Assembly: GCF_006345805.1 (NCBI RefSeq)
Contig: NC_043001.1
Coordinates: 4,154,001 to 4,218,000 of the forward strand
Direction: 5' to 3'
Length of the DNA: 64,000 nucleotides
From: Octopus sinensis
Taxonomy: Eukaryota
This document shows positions 39,504 through 53,081 of this stretch, one piece after another. Numbering within the stretch: position 1 is the first letter of the stretch; the number at the start of each line of letters is the position of its first letter. A program made the position numbers and the translations under genes. Below the pieces are notes generated by a model. That model saw nothing but the letters and a program-made list of their open reading frames with translations. It searched no databases and had not been told where the DNA came from.

Positions 39504-39995
39504 CTACGAAATGAAGGTGGAGAGAGAGGGGAGAGGTTAAATCAAAGGCCTGATCGATTTTTGTCGTACTATTGTTTGTTGAATGGGTTCAGATAATTGT
39601 CACAATGGACTTAGGAAGGTTAAGATGTTTGAGCCTTAGGGCTTTCTGGCTAAACATTGTCTTAAGGTATTTAGAAATAATAAAACGTTGATTTACATTG
39701 TATGGCTACGTGAAAGAAGTGCCAGCGTGCAAATATTCACTGCGGTTTGCTGTGAATGGGCATTGAGAAACTGTAGTAGAAGACGAAATAAACGTAGCAT
39801 AACTTGAAGCAACTATCTTTAGTATGTATTATCTACTTGTGTGAAGAAATGTCCGTCCTCTGGGGGGAGTATTACTGAGTATGTGGAGATATTGAAGTCT
39901 GTGACAAGCTCTGGAACATAAGTGATGTATGTTCCCAGCGTGAACGAAATCAGATGAAAAATATTGATTTTAAGGGGGATGAAAAAAGGTCTGTA

Positions 39996-40026
<31 letters not shown>

Positions 40027-41545
40027 GTCTTCAGTTTTATTACACACACACATACACACACATATATATATATATAAGAAATTACGGAAAAGAGAACACA
40101 AATTCAAAGGCCGATGTATAAATTCATTCAATCCATATTTATATATATATTGTTATTAATTTTTAGCAAACGCAACAGAGTGATTCAAGTTCTGAGAGCC
40201 TCGTTGGTACATATTCTTTATATATATATATTCATATGTGTGTGTATGTATACGCGTGTGCGCAAGCGTGTTTGCCAGTCATTGTGTGTGTGCCACAGAC
40301 TGGTGGAAAAGTAAGTCCCAACTAGTATATAGTGTAATCAAATAAATTTGTAAATTCGTTGCTGTTGTCCTTCTGAGACACTTCATTGAAACACTTCAAT
40401 TCACGTTCTTGCATCCCACTCATCTTTATACTGTCCACCCCGAAATGGAATAAGCTTTCCATTATTTTATTTATTTGAATCTTAGTTAGTGATTATGACA
40501 CCAATGCAATGAGAGTTTGTACATCACCTGACGTACCGACTGAAAGTGACATGCGGTGGTTTTCTAGGAACATCAATCTAGCAGCTCAATTCATTGGTGT
40601 ACAGGCACAGATTCTCAACAGACAATAACATGTAATCAATTCTCAATATACTGAACAGTTCAGACGATTCTATAAATAGCAGCGTCAGCGTACACATCAC
40701 AGATGTCTATTTCGGCTTTGGTAGCTTTAACACCTTGATTGAAAGCAGCAAGAAGGCACTAACTAAAATATTCTTTTATCTCTTCATGGTACACAATCGT
40801 CCTCTGTCTGAAAAGTTGTAGACATTTTTCAGTACCGAAACGTAAAATCTGTAGAGGAAGAATAAAATTACGAGAAGCTAAAAGGCACCGCGATAACATA
40901 CAAATGGACACAAAGATACATCCCTAGTATCAGGACAGATACAATTTTCAAACTGGAAGGGAATATTTTACATGTACCAAGCAAATATCTGAACAAATTT
41001 AGTTGCAATGAAAATGAAAGAAATTAATAAGGCGACAAAAGGAACGGTTTATGTATAATATTTACCAAAATGTACCGCTGGAATGTGGCAGATAATCTGT
41101 CGATAGCCACAAACCATATAAGTTTGATTGAGGTGAAGTAAATCAGTTTCAACACAAACAATTGCTCAGAAACCTGGATTGTTTGTATTCAGATGAACAA
41201 AAACAAAGAAAAAAAAACAGGTTGACCTTTGCTGAATTGAATAAATGTCTAGCCAGTAGAAATTACCGAAAATAATATAACAAAAGATGAGGCGAATGTC
41301 AGCGTCAAACTGGTCAGCCAATATTTACTTACAGACAATACAACATCTCGTATATGGATGGGGAAGAAGATTTATTATTTGGAAAAAAAATGCTTTCAAT
41401 GCATAATCGATCATAATCAAACTAAGTTGTATAGAACACAAAAGCAATCTTTATTCGACAATGCCTGGCCCATAACATCTCTCCTTTCCATCAATGCCTC
41501 TCTCTGTATATATATGTGTATACACACAGACACACACACACATGC

Positions 41546-41644
<99 letters not shown>

Positions 41645-41739
41645 GAGAGATTGAGAGATGGATGTATATATATATATATGTATATATGATAGAGATATAG
41701 ATAGATAGATATCCATGCATACCTAGACATAGATATTGG

Positions 41740-41770
<31 letters not shown>

Positions 41771-41852
41771 AACATGCATACACACACTCACACATACAAA
41801 CATATACACACATACACACATGCACATATAAATATATATACATAAATAAAAT

Positions 41853-41993
41853 TGCCACTCCGACGGATCCGGTCAATAGAAGATCCCGTCCGTAATATCA
41901 ACGTCCAGCTGACTCAGCACTTAAAAACATGCTTATCATTAAATTAGTTCTGAGGGAGATCTTGCATGTCACACAATGTGACAAGGCTGGACC
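41853..41993 (-). mobile_element. Deleted 3' module of a family 4-type SINE
   Basis: tgccactccgacgg...tgtcacacaatgtgacaaggctggacc aligns with the reverse complement of 13730-13905. Confidence 0.6.
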
Positions 41994-42827
41994 GGGGAGT
42001 TACATTTCTATTTTGCGCGCTAATTGAGTTGGAACAGCGTAAAATGAAATATTTATGGTCAAGGATAGAACGCAAAGTCAGCCAAATATCCCAACCATCA
42101 AGCGTTGCGCCTTCATATATCCATATACATGATTCGTAAGGGCTGGCATGGAAGTGTGGCACAGCTATAGCACCGGGTAAATCAAAGAAAGAAGCCCATC
42201 GTATATACGTATGCGTGAATGTGTTGATTGCTACCCCTGCCAACACATCAGTTTACGATTATAAATGGCCATATTAATAAGGTTGTTCGTTTCTAGGCTT
42301 ATTCCCCAAAACTGTCAATGGGGAAATATTTCCCATCCATCCATCTATACCTGCATCTCTGCTTACATATACAAGTCCGGTAATATGACGCCACTCATGA
42401 TGAAAGGCAATGGCTACTTACGATCAATGCTCAAGTTGAATGGCCGCCTAAAACTTCCCAAATCTTTCTCCTGTACCTCACACTGGCAGTAGACCGACGC
42501 CTTCTGCTTAGGATTTACCTCAGCCTCCCGAGGCTTGAATAGATTGATGCTCTACTAAGGATGTATGTCAGTCACTCTCAGAGGATGGACTCTGTATGAT
42601 TAGCTACCGTGCGTCAGCAGGGAAATGCGACACATACACATATTTTCATGGAACAGCTAAATTAGATTTCGTTCATAAGTTATTTCATTTTTCTTGTCAT
42701 TTATACAATGATGACTCACCTATTATTATATCATTATTCAATATTCTACATAATACCACTTCTTCATCTATCAATACTTTCATCGTTCTAGTTATCACTC
42801 TGCCTCAGCCTTCTCTCAGTGTCTCTG

Positions 42828-42859
<32 letters not shown>

Positions 42860-42984
42860 TGTATGTATGTATGTATCTATCTATCTATCTATATATATAA
42901 TGCATACACATATCTACATATATATAACCATGTAAACATGTATTCACCCACACACATATATGTATATATACGCATTCACCATGA

Positions 42985-43166
42985 TAAATCGCTAGCCACT
43001 AAACGGTTTTTTTAATATTTTCTCTCCGTTTATTTCTGTGTCCCTATCTGTTGAAGAGCGTAGGCTCGAAACGTAAAATACTTTCTAACTTTCCACACGT
43101 TAAACTAACATATCTGTTTGTTGTTTACACACCCGTCTTTTTGTTTGTTTGTAAATTCTCACTATA
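42985..43166 (+). mobile_element. Diverged PLE-like 3' end containing the CUGUUGA-A hammerhead-like motif (43042-43080)
   Basis: CTGTTGAAGAGCGTAGGCTCGAAACGTA is identical in core and stem II to 2664-2690, while its flanks differ. The triplet is GUA and stem I is decayed. Confidence 0.6.
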
Positions 43167-43764
43167 TTTACGCAGCCCTAGACACAGACCCCACCCCATA
43201 TATATATATATATCAATATCTTTACATTTGAAATGATGCATGTATGCTTTGGTTCTCTAACACTGCATTTTATTATAGAGTACAGTTAACCTTTCGTGAA
43301 TACGTAGGCTGGTTTGTGTATAATTTATAACCCTAGGATTTCTTTTGGTATGAATTATTTTGTTATCTATTTCCTGCTTTTGAAAGAATTAACATGTGAT
43401 CAACAACATCCCTAAACACATCTGCAGACGAATTGACTGCAGCAAATCCTGATTTAATTAGAAATCTAAAAACACCAGTCCACAGATTTGGGCACATTTA
43501 ATTTTCTTCTTTTAGCTTTTATTTCGTTGTGTCTGGAGAGAGTCATTTTCTTTTTGTGCCTTAAAAGGTAACACACTCACCGGTAAAATTTCCATTTATT
43601 TCTTCTTTTTATTTTCCTAAAATTTTCGTTGCGTCTTACAACCTTTTCAAAAGCTTTTCAATAGCTTTATTTTGTTCCGTCATTAATGAGCGACCCTGCT
43701 GGGGCATTGCCTTGAAGAATTTTTAGAAGAATAAATCGATCCCATTCGCTGTTACTTTTTTAAA

Positions 43765-44003
43765 TGCAGGAACTTAGTGTATCGGTCTCTTTTACCAAAC
43801 TGCTAAGCTACGGGGACCGTTGTCAAGTGACACCGGTAGAAATACAGACACGCACATGCGCACACATACGCACACACACGCACAATGTTTCGTCAGGTTC
43901 GAGCTATAATAAGGCACACTTGCGCAAGGTGTCACTCAGTGGGAGTGAATCCGGAGCCATATTGTTGTGACACGAATTCCTTATCTCAGCCATTCCTGTG
44001 CCT
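43765..44003 (-). mobile_element. Degenerate, internally deleted family 1 SINE
   Basis: atcggtctctttt.ccaaactgctaag.tacgggga...cacttgcgcaaggtgtcactcagtggga...cagccattcctgtgcct. Confidence 0.75.
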
Positions 44004-44473
44004 CTGAAGAACATACAATGATATTATCTATTCCTGAGCAGAAACAGTCATATTTTCCGTTCAGAATTTTGCGTAAAAACATAAGCATAGTTAAAATACT
44101 TTGCTTGAAATTTTATTGTTCATGAAAGCATGTGTAGCATTAAAAAAAATGATATAAAGAAATTACTGGTATTAATATGTCCATTGGTTTTGAAATATAT
44201 TTGAAACACTAGGTAATGCGAATATCTTCACTAAATACTGTCGAACGTGATTGCACGATTTATCGTAATCCAAAATTTCAAAAGGAATAACACAATGGAG
44301 TCTAGCGGCAGGTATTTAAAGGGAAGAATTTGACAATTAAGTCAGTCACCGGCTGACACTCGCTGACGATACATCGAAGAGGCCAGGGAACAGAAGAAAA
44401 AAGAAGAAAGAAGACATGCACCCAACACCAGAGCTAAAGACACCTCCGAAAGGAGAGCCCCGCCACGTCAAAA

Positions 44474-44593
44474 CGGTAGAGGAGTAGGGGCAGAAACCGG
44501 ACGTGGTTCCTCCTGATGATGTCTTGAGCTAACTGGATCCTATTAAGGAGCTGTTGTGGTAGCAGACCACGAAACACGGTTGTAATTCCTCCT
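44474..44593 (+). ncRNA. Hammerhead-like motif with an intact CUGAUGA/GAAAC core and a branched stem II insertion
   Basis: CTGATGA at 44513-19 and GAAAC at 44571-75. In this copy GTA-GAGGAG (44476-84) can pair with TTCCTC (44507-12) as a type III stem I. Confidence 0.4.
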
Positions 44594-44869
44594 ACGACTC
44601 TAATAAAATAATCTAGAACCAATAATTTTATGTGATTTATGGTTTGTAATGGATTAATCGAACGCATCCTTGCTAATCTTGTATTTATCATTATACCCTT
44701 GCTGCTGAACATAGAACGTTGAGTTGATGCGACACCCTTACGTTCAAGCGAGCCTATTTTAACGTCGTTGACATTCCCAATTAGATTCTTGCAACACACT
44801 TTTCAGACGTTTCTACGTTTTCACAGTTACAAATATCTACTGATATATTGACACTTTTGATTTCCTTGA

Positions 44870-45400
44870 AAAACAACTGCAGATTAATCCAACCCCAAAT
44901 GGTTTTGAAAGCTTTCCACATTAGCTTTGGCGTGCCCCACTGTTCCCCTCCTAATAATTCTCACTGATCGTATATGATGTCCAAGGAAGTCTAATCCTCT
45001 TCATTATTCTAATCGTTATCGATCTCCTGCGTAAAGGATCAACCACTTCGCTGGTTTTGAATTTGTCTGCTTCATTATTTCTTTGTTCTTTCTTTACTTG
45101 GATTGCTATCCGATTTCAGCTTCTCCAAGAGAATTAGTGATGAGTCGCTTGGTCTTTTAGGTGTTCTTCCGACTTTTCACGGATAAGCTCTGTTGATAGA
45201 AAATATATCTTCCGCTGTTAAAAATGCGGAGATGGATGATGGCGCAGTTTGTCATGTTATTGCAAGAAGTAGAATTCTTACCTGAAGATCTGCTCTATCG
45301 TCATTAATAGTGTTTCTTTCGAGGATACCTTGTGGTTACCTTGAACACTTAGTAACTATTTGTACGAATCCTCTTTAGAAGAAATGCCTCCCCAACTAGT
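44870..45400 (-). pseudogene. Possible second, very decayed piggyBac transposase C-terminus
   Basis: Frame-hopping peptides KVSSKETLL..IFR, KVGRTPKRPS, LDFLGHH and GVGLICSCF loosely follow the piggyBac C-terminal order. Confidence 0.3.
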
Positions 45401-46436
45401 CGAGGAATTTCATTAAACGTTAATGTCCGCATGTCTCCCTTCATTCAAGCATAGACATAGACTTGATGTTAAAAGGACTCAAAACAGGATTCTCTTGTAC
45501 GTGTGGCGTTGATGAACGATGTGTGATAAAGTAAAGGTGGGGAACACGATGAATTGTACACATATGTGTTTATCTGGCTTATCAAGTATTATGAAATCCA
45601 CCTTTATTCCTAGTGACCGATTACGTTGTTCAGAAAACGCTTCAGGGAGATTAGAGTCATTTTGTTTCTCTCATCCAACCTGGGAGACGCACCTCATCTC
45701 TAGAAACGGGTCGTCATTGAATGATTCCTGCATTTATCAAGAAAATGATACGACCACATTTTACCTGCGGTTTTATTCTCAAATTCAGGTGAAAGTGAGT
45801 CACACCCTCAGATGCTAAGCATCTGACTCCCATTCTAGTTTTAATACTTCTTTTTTTTTTCGGCGTTTTTGTAATAGTGTGAATATTTTTATCTTTCACC
45901 AATTAATCTGTATTCTTATTCTCTAGAGGCTCCACAATCAGTCTATGGGCCAGATAAAATCTTTCGTGACAGTTGCCAAATAATTACTTCCAAATAACGT
46001 TGATAAATAAGCATTCATTCCTGATTAGTGTATATATATATATATATATATATATGAATTTTCTGGTTAGTTCCGTAATGGAATCGGCGGCTTATATTTA
46101 TTTGCTGCCGATAAATTTGGCGCGAGTGCGATGATTTGAAAATTTTAGGTCAGATATTGCCGAGGCAGGGTCGGAAATGCCTCGTGAAAATATCTGTTCC
46201 GACTTGGCTATTTCTTACTGATGATTCTAAGGGCCTATGGAAGATTGGCTTGATTTAATTTAATCAGGTTAGTTTACCATTAAATAGTAGATGAAATGGT
46301 GCATCGTATAAGAAATTACAGGGTAAATGTTTTTTAATTTTCTCCTGGTTTACGGAATTGATGTTTATTTGCGGTTGAAGCTTTGGCTGTTATTTCTAGT
46401 GGGTGAATGGCCTATTATGGCCGTTCCTTGATTGTG

Positions 46437-46567
<131 letters not shown>

Positions 46568-47662
46568 ACGTTTTTAAATAGTGATTATTTTAATTTATGA
46601 AGCGCAAAATAGGGGAGTCATTATTTACGCTTGGATAATTATCTGTATCGGAAATAGCAAAAAAGGCATGGAGAGTAGTATCAAAATGCCCTAAAGCAAT
46701 GGAAGCAATATCTATGCTGGTTTCTTTGCCTCAAAATGTCCCATATTCTAAGTAATTGCAAATTCTAATTTTATTCATGCTTCAATTGATATTATTTTCC
46801 CTAAACACCGTTGGCATGTTACAAATTCGAGAAACAATTAGTGAATTCGCTAAGAATATACAGGCAATTTAATAGTTAATTTTTGAATAATTTCCAATGA
46901 TAACATATTAACCCATTAAGTCCCACTGTCCTATAAATAGGGCACTAAATGCGAACATTAAATAAGTTATATCAATACCTTATAAATAGTGTCTTATTTA
47001 TATGACACCCAGTATTTCCATTTCTGCTTGAAGTGAAGGAGTTTTAATAATTATTTTTTTCATTTTAACTTATTTTCAATCATCTTTAAATATTTGAAAG
47101 TAATATTGAGAAATTTAAGTACTCTGGGATTTAATAGGTTAAATAAGACTCATCAGGACTATCCACGTATGTAGCATTACCATTTCTCAGTCAAATTACA
47201 CTTTTACTGTTCACATTTTAAAATATTGTTTCCGCATATCACGTATTTTTCACATCACGTTCTACACTCCGCAATTGATATTACTGTGTTTCTTTTCATA
47301 TCTTTGTACTTGCATTAATATAGATTAAACAAATGAATATCCGAAATGGCGAACAGGAACACAATTATATGTAGCTTCTGAATTTATTTTTAAGTAAACT
47401 AAACTAAAATATATGCTTACATTTGATGTTTCGACCTGTATTCAAATAGCGCAACACAGAGTATATTATTTCGTACAAGATGATATGTTTAAGACAGTAA
47501 CAATTTGTTGATAAAAATATGAATAATACTGTGAAATCAATTCATACATGGGTTTGAATTAATAGTAGGAAAAATACTTGCGTATCACATTTCAATGTGT
47601 ACAAGTGATAACAATAAGGTTTATACAATTTTAATTGATAGTGTTTATTTCTAGCGTATTTG

Positions 47663-47702
<40 letters not shown>

Positions 47703-48569
47703 GTGTTTGCAACTTATGCGCACGCAACTTTACATTCATATATAAAACAAGACTTCTGTGGGTTGGTTGAGAAATATGTTACTAACCATATTTTATTTCA
47801 TGAGTTTTCTCAAGGTATTTGCTTGCTTTTTACATACAAAGTAAGAAAATCAATTCGTTGTCTCCGAGAAGCACAAAGAACAATGAAAGAAACACCAATA
47901 TCTGATAGATTTATTGCGATTGCAATTCTTTGTAGGATATCTCCAAGACAGAGATTTTCTTAAAAGCTGCAGATCCTGGGAAAACATGCTAATCACGAGA
48001 TTCTTGCTGGTTTTCTAACCCACCCTTTCTCCTTGTGTCTCTCTGATGATATATATTATGTATGTGTGTGTATGTGTGTGCGTGTGTGTGTGTAGATATA
48101 CATTTAGACGCACAGATATACACTCGTCCATAATCATATAAAAGATGTTTCTCTCCTACCATATGCAGCATGTTATTTCCTTTCGCTCAACAAATACCAT
48201 AAGTTGAATGAATATTGGGAAACCAAAAGAATGTGTTTATCGTATGAAACTAGTAACCAATAACAGAATCTCAATGAGATATGGGATTCTTTATACAAAT
48301 ACCAATTCCACATCCTTAAAATTCTTCTCGTATACTAATCTTTCATTTGGACGGATTTGAGTACAGGAACAAGTTATATAAACAAACATACAATGACATG
48401 CAACTAATTGTAATACTGACCCAACTCAAGTATGCACACATCAACTAAGGTCCTACTTCGTGGTCAGACATTGCAACAGCTTAGACAGGCTTAATTGCAC
48501 TATTCATAATTAGTGACTGCTGGATTATCTGTGATCAAATATAGTGAAATTATAATGTGTAAAACCACA

Positions 48570-48678
48570 AGGAGGAATTACAACCGTGTTTCGCGGTCTG
48601 CTACCACAACAGCTCCTTTATAGGATCCAGTGAGCTCAAGACATCATCAGGAGGAACCATGTCCGGTTTCGGCCCATA
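48570..48678 (-). ncRNA. Inverted copy of the 44485-44593 hammerhead-like repeat, possibly an inverted pLTR ahead of a PLE N-terminal relic
   Basis: The reverse complement matches 44485-44593 with about 8 differences by eye. Confidence 0.45.
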
Positions 48679-49624
48679 GGGGAACGTAATGCAGATATTG
48701 AAACTGCTGAAGTTATGGTGGCGGAGCACAGGTTAGCAAAATTAGCACCAAAAATAATTTTAAAATCAATGAAGATAACCAAATATATGTGTTTAGTAGT
48801 TTAGCGGGGCAGTGTAGAACAAAGAGGTTTTAGGATTATATCTAAGTTGATATAACAGATTATTTATGTTCACATTCTAAATTGATTTTTAGGAGGCTTC
48901 GAGAGTAAGAATTAAATCGTTGGCTACAAACCTACAGAATTGTCTTCTTTTCTCATTCTTAACTAATGAGAGAATTTGCCGATATTGCCAGTTGAGTAGC
49001 CAGGGATATTGCCTCGCATCACGTAGAAAATAAAGCAAACGGCATTAAACGAGAAATAATTGCTAGATAATGATAAAATTTCTCTTCTATAAACAATGTC
49101 AAAAATAAATCGAAAATTCTTAACGGCCAGACTGGGGCACAGTTCAGGCAACGCTCTTTTAATTGAAGGAGTGAGATAATGGACAGCATAAATAATTAAA
49201 AGAAAAACTATAAAAAAAAACCTTTGTGCATGCTATTCCTCTAAAAATTACAGAACACTCTCTCGAACTACGAGACTCTACCATCATCATCATCATAAAC
49301 AACATCATCATCATCGTCATCATTGTCGTCATCTTCATCATCATCATTATGTGTATGTATGTATATATATTCACATATATGTATGCACCTATGTATCTTT
49401 GTATATGTATATAGATCTTATATGTATACACCGTATCTCCCACATTCTTTCTTTTTTCATGCTTTTCCTCAAACTCCGCCATTAATTTCAAGCTAGAAAT
49501 CCTATTCGCCTTTGTTAAAGTTTCTTCCCCTTTTATTTCTTGGTCTCACTGTATAATAATCAAACATAATATTTCTGTACATCTTAAGTACTAAATTCTC
49601 TCATTATTTAGTTGCTTTATTTCA

Positions 49625-50006
49625 TTTTACTTGTTTTATCACAACACTGTGGTCATGCTGGGCGGCGGCATTGACGAAATTGTGTCCTACCAATCGACTC
49701 TACTACTTAACTTTTAAAGCTTGGTACCTATTGCATCGGTCTCTGTTGTCCAACAGGGGACGTAAACACACCAACATCGGTTGTCAAGTGGTAATGAGAG
49801 ACAAACACAGTTATAAAGAAACACACACGTATATACACAGAAACACACACAGACACGCACATATTCATATACACGACAGGCTTCTTTCAGTTTCCATCTT
49901 CCAAATCTACTCTCAAGTCTTTTGCTGAAAGCCATAGTAGTACCCACTTGCCCAAGTTTCCATGAGGCAGGACTGAACCCGGAACGACGTGATTTGCAAG
50001 CAAATC
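49625..50006 (-). mobile_element. Degenerate, near-full-length family 1 SINE
   Basis: Aligns to the reverse complement of 4960-5335 (ggggacgtaaacacaccaacatcggttgtcaag...cacttgcccaag...ggactgaacccggaac). Confidence 0.8.
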
Positions 50007-52950
50007 ACGCTAAAGAATTCTTTTCAGTATTGCATTTCGTTCGAATTGCTAACATTTGGAAGAATGCTTCGAGGAGGATGCATCGAGGACCTAACTGTGT
50101 CTGACATATATACCACCATTATTTTATAGCTATCATCCTCTCACTTATTTTGTCCACCGTTGGTTAGGGAACCGACAATATATTCCAATAAATCTATTTT
50201 TGTGAGCCTTATGCTCAGTTGGTGATTTCTTCTTAAACTTTTATATGAAGCAGTTATAGGATATTTCATCAACAACCACAAGATCTACTGAAAAGGATTC
50301 CCGTATAATTATCTCACGAAGAAATGAAAATCCATGATCTCACGTCTTGGCACTCGATAATACAAACCATTTCGCTGATGCCACTCTCATTGCTTGGACA
50401 AACGATTTACTATATTGTTTTATAATCCTTTCTAAGTAATTAAATGCATATTTGGAGCTAAATTCATATATATCTGAATCATCGAATGACTGAATTTAAG
50501 GCGTCGAACTGACAAAAGCTTCAAAACACATCGCGTTATTTCTCCAGGCTCTTTAATTTTCTCAGTTCAAATGAAACTACGGTCGATTTTGTCTACTACC
50601 TTTGCATCATTGATGAATTAAATATCGATGTAGTATTAAGAATGCGGTAATAAAGTGGTCAACTCCCTCAAAATGTCTAGACTTGTGCCAAAATCTTAAC
50701 AGAAAATTATCCCAGAATTGATAATTCAGCAAATCGGTGAAGTAGTGCAAGCCTCGAATTATTTGCTTCAATTGTGTATAATGTGAGTTCAAATCATCGA
50801 AATGAACTTTGGTTAAATATCTTTTGGGTCGATAAAAGAAATCATTGGCAGACCTGCGGGAACATCCGGCTCTTTTCGTTCGGAGTTCCAATCCAGCTAC
50901 GACTTAATTACATGAATTCATTTATTTGAGGATACTCACCTCTCTCAACTACCAGACTCCCTTTAAGGAGTAATGAGCACAACATACCCTCCTATCACTC
51001 TCGTGTGTCCCGCCTCGCTACATATATCGATATTTTCATTGGGTTTCCCAACGAATCGCTTCTGATTTAGTTTTAAGCGAGGTTGTACTTAGTAATGATA
51101 TATGATCGATATCTTAACGCTGAGGTGTGAAGACACAGCATAATATAGGTAATACCATTATTACTCTAAGGTAGCATAAGAAAACAAAAAGAAATGCAAG
51201 CTTTTCGTTAACCATGGTGCGATGTTCAACACGTGACTAATTATTTGGAGATATAAACTCCATATACATCGTTATTTTATATTAGGCACAACTAAAAGAT
51301 TAACCCAGTGCATTGACAGTTCTTATGTTTAACAAGAATATGCTTAACCAAAATTACTAATACAGAAACAATTTTATAATCTCCACGGTTTTGTCGCTTC
51401 TGTTATCTATATATTCATTTTTTCTTCAGATATAACGAATCTCTATTAAGCTCTGTCTCCAGTAGATTTAAACATAATTCTCTAAATTATATTTAGTTTT
51501 CAGCTTTATTTCTTATTTCTAATTTTCCAATATTTTGATGTACAGTTGTGTTCTATTACTTTTTACAACTTATTCTAGATTTTTTTTCTAAATGATTGCA
51601 GAGTAGAAAGATAACTCTGCTTCCGCACCCACCATACTCTAATAAAACATTCGGTAAAATAATGTTTATCTTCAATATTTTTATTTTATTCTATAATTTA
51701 ATTTTTTTTTTTATTTTTAGAATGAAATTTTCATTTTTGGATAGATAAAAAAATATTGCAATTATTTCTTTTGAAAGGTGAGCCAGTGTTTTGACCTCTA
51801 AGCTTGTCGAACATTTTGTTCCTGTAAACATGTATAGATAAAGATTTTAGGCTGGACATTAGTAAACATAAAATGTTGTTTTCTAATTCTCTCAGTTTCT
51901 ATAGTCAAACCTGTTAGTATGTTATTACTATGATTGACATATTTTAGCTGGAAATTTTTTTCGTTTACTCTCCCGTTCTTCAATATCCTCCAGAGAAATA
52001 TGTGCATTATGTTTACAAGAATACTTTGATTTATTTCATTCGCTTTCCTCTCTACTATTTATACCTGTGTGACAGGACCTTTATAGAAATGTATTTACCA
52101 CAGCTATGCAAATATTTGGCTTTATATATTTTGGCATCAGGAACTGTCTGATATTCTTTACATCTTTGTTTTCTTTTTTTCATGTTTTTCTATTTTATAT
52201 TATCATTTTGTTTTATCTCTCAGTTATTCAAGTCTGCAAATGTATTTTCCTCTTTACTAATGGCTACTTGGTATGAGTGGTGTAGCTTTGAAATAAAATA
52301 TTGAAAATAAGTAAATAAATAAATAAATGGCTAAATAAATAAATGGGCAAATATTATTTGATGTCGCCAACAGCTGCTCATATTTTTATGTTGTTGAAAT
52401 ATTTATTTTTCCAATTGTTCTGCTAGTTTCTATAGCGCCCGGTTCTTTTTTTAGGCTCTGATTTGATTGCTCGGATGAATGCGTATTTCGTTCAAATCCA
52501 TTATAATGTATGTTACTTTACTTTACTAACTCTGTTTACAATTTTGCTTTTGATATTTAATCACATGTATTTTCCTTTCCTTTTCATACGTTGCATTAAA
52601 TATCTATTGAAGTTATATATTATTTCAAGAAATAAATATTTAAATTATGGCCTTGCTTATTTTTTCTCTTACTAGTCATATGATAAATTGTCTAAGCAAA
52701 AGTTTATATTCCATAGACGTCAGTATTGGGTAAATTCATTAACACTTTAAACTCCACGGAAAAGCATTGAATAAATTGTCTTCATTGAGAAAATCAGTCA
52801 ACCTGCAGTGAGAAATAGATTTCCATTCTCTACTAAGAATGAGCGTCCTTATGGTAAAGAAACGCGTATTTATTATCCAATACGTATCTAGCTAAAAATT
52901 GATTATATATATATATGCTTTTATAATTTCATTTTTTAACTGTTTCAATC

Positions 52951-53008
<58 letters not shown>

Positions 53009-53044
53009 TATATATATATATATATATAATATATATATATATAG

Positions 53045-53081
<37 letters not shown>

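Noticed and set aside
47115-47160. Hammerhead on the minus strand (CTGATGA GTCTT ATTTAA-CCTA-TTAAAT)
   Set aside because: No GAAA box or stem III follows the hairpin.
51721-51777. 57-nt exon with a strong acceptor and AAG|GTGAGC donor
   Set aside because: It has stops in all three frames and could only be non-coding. It is unsupported without transcript data.
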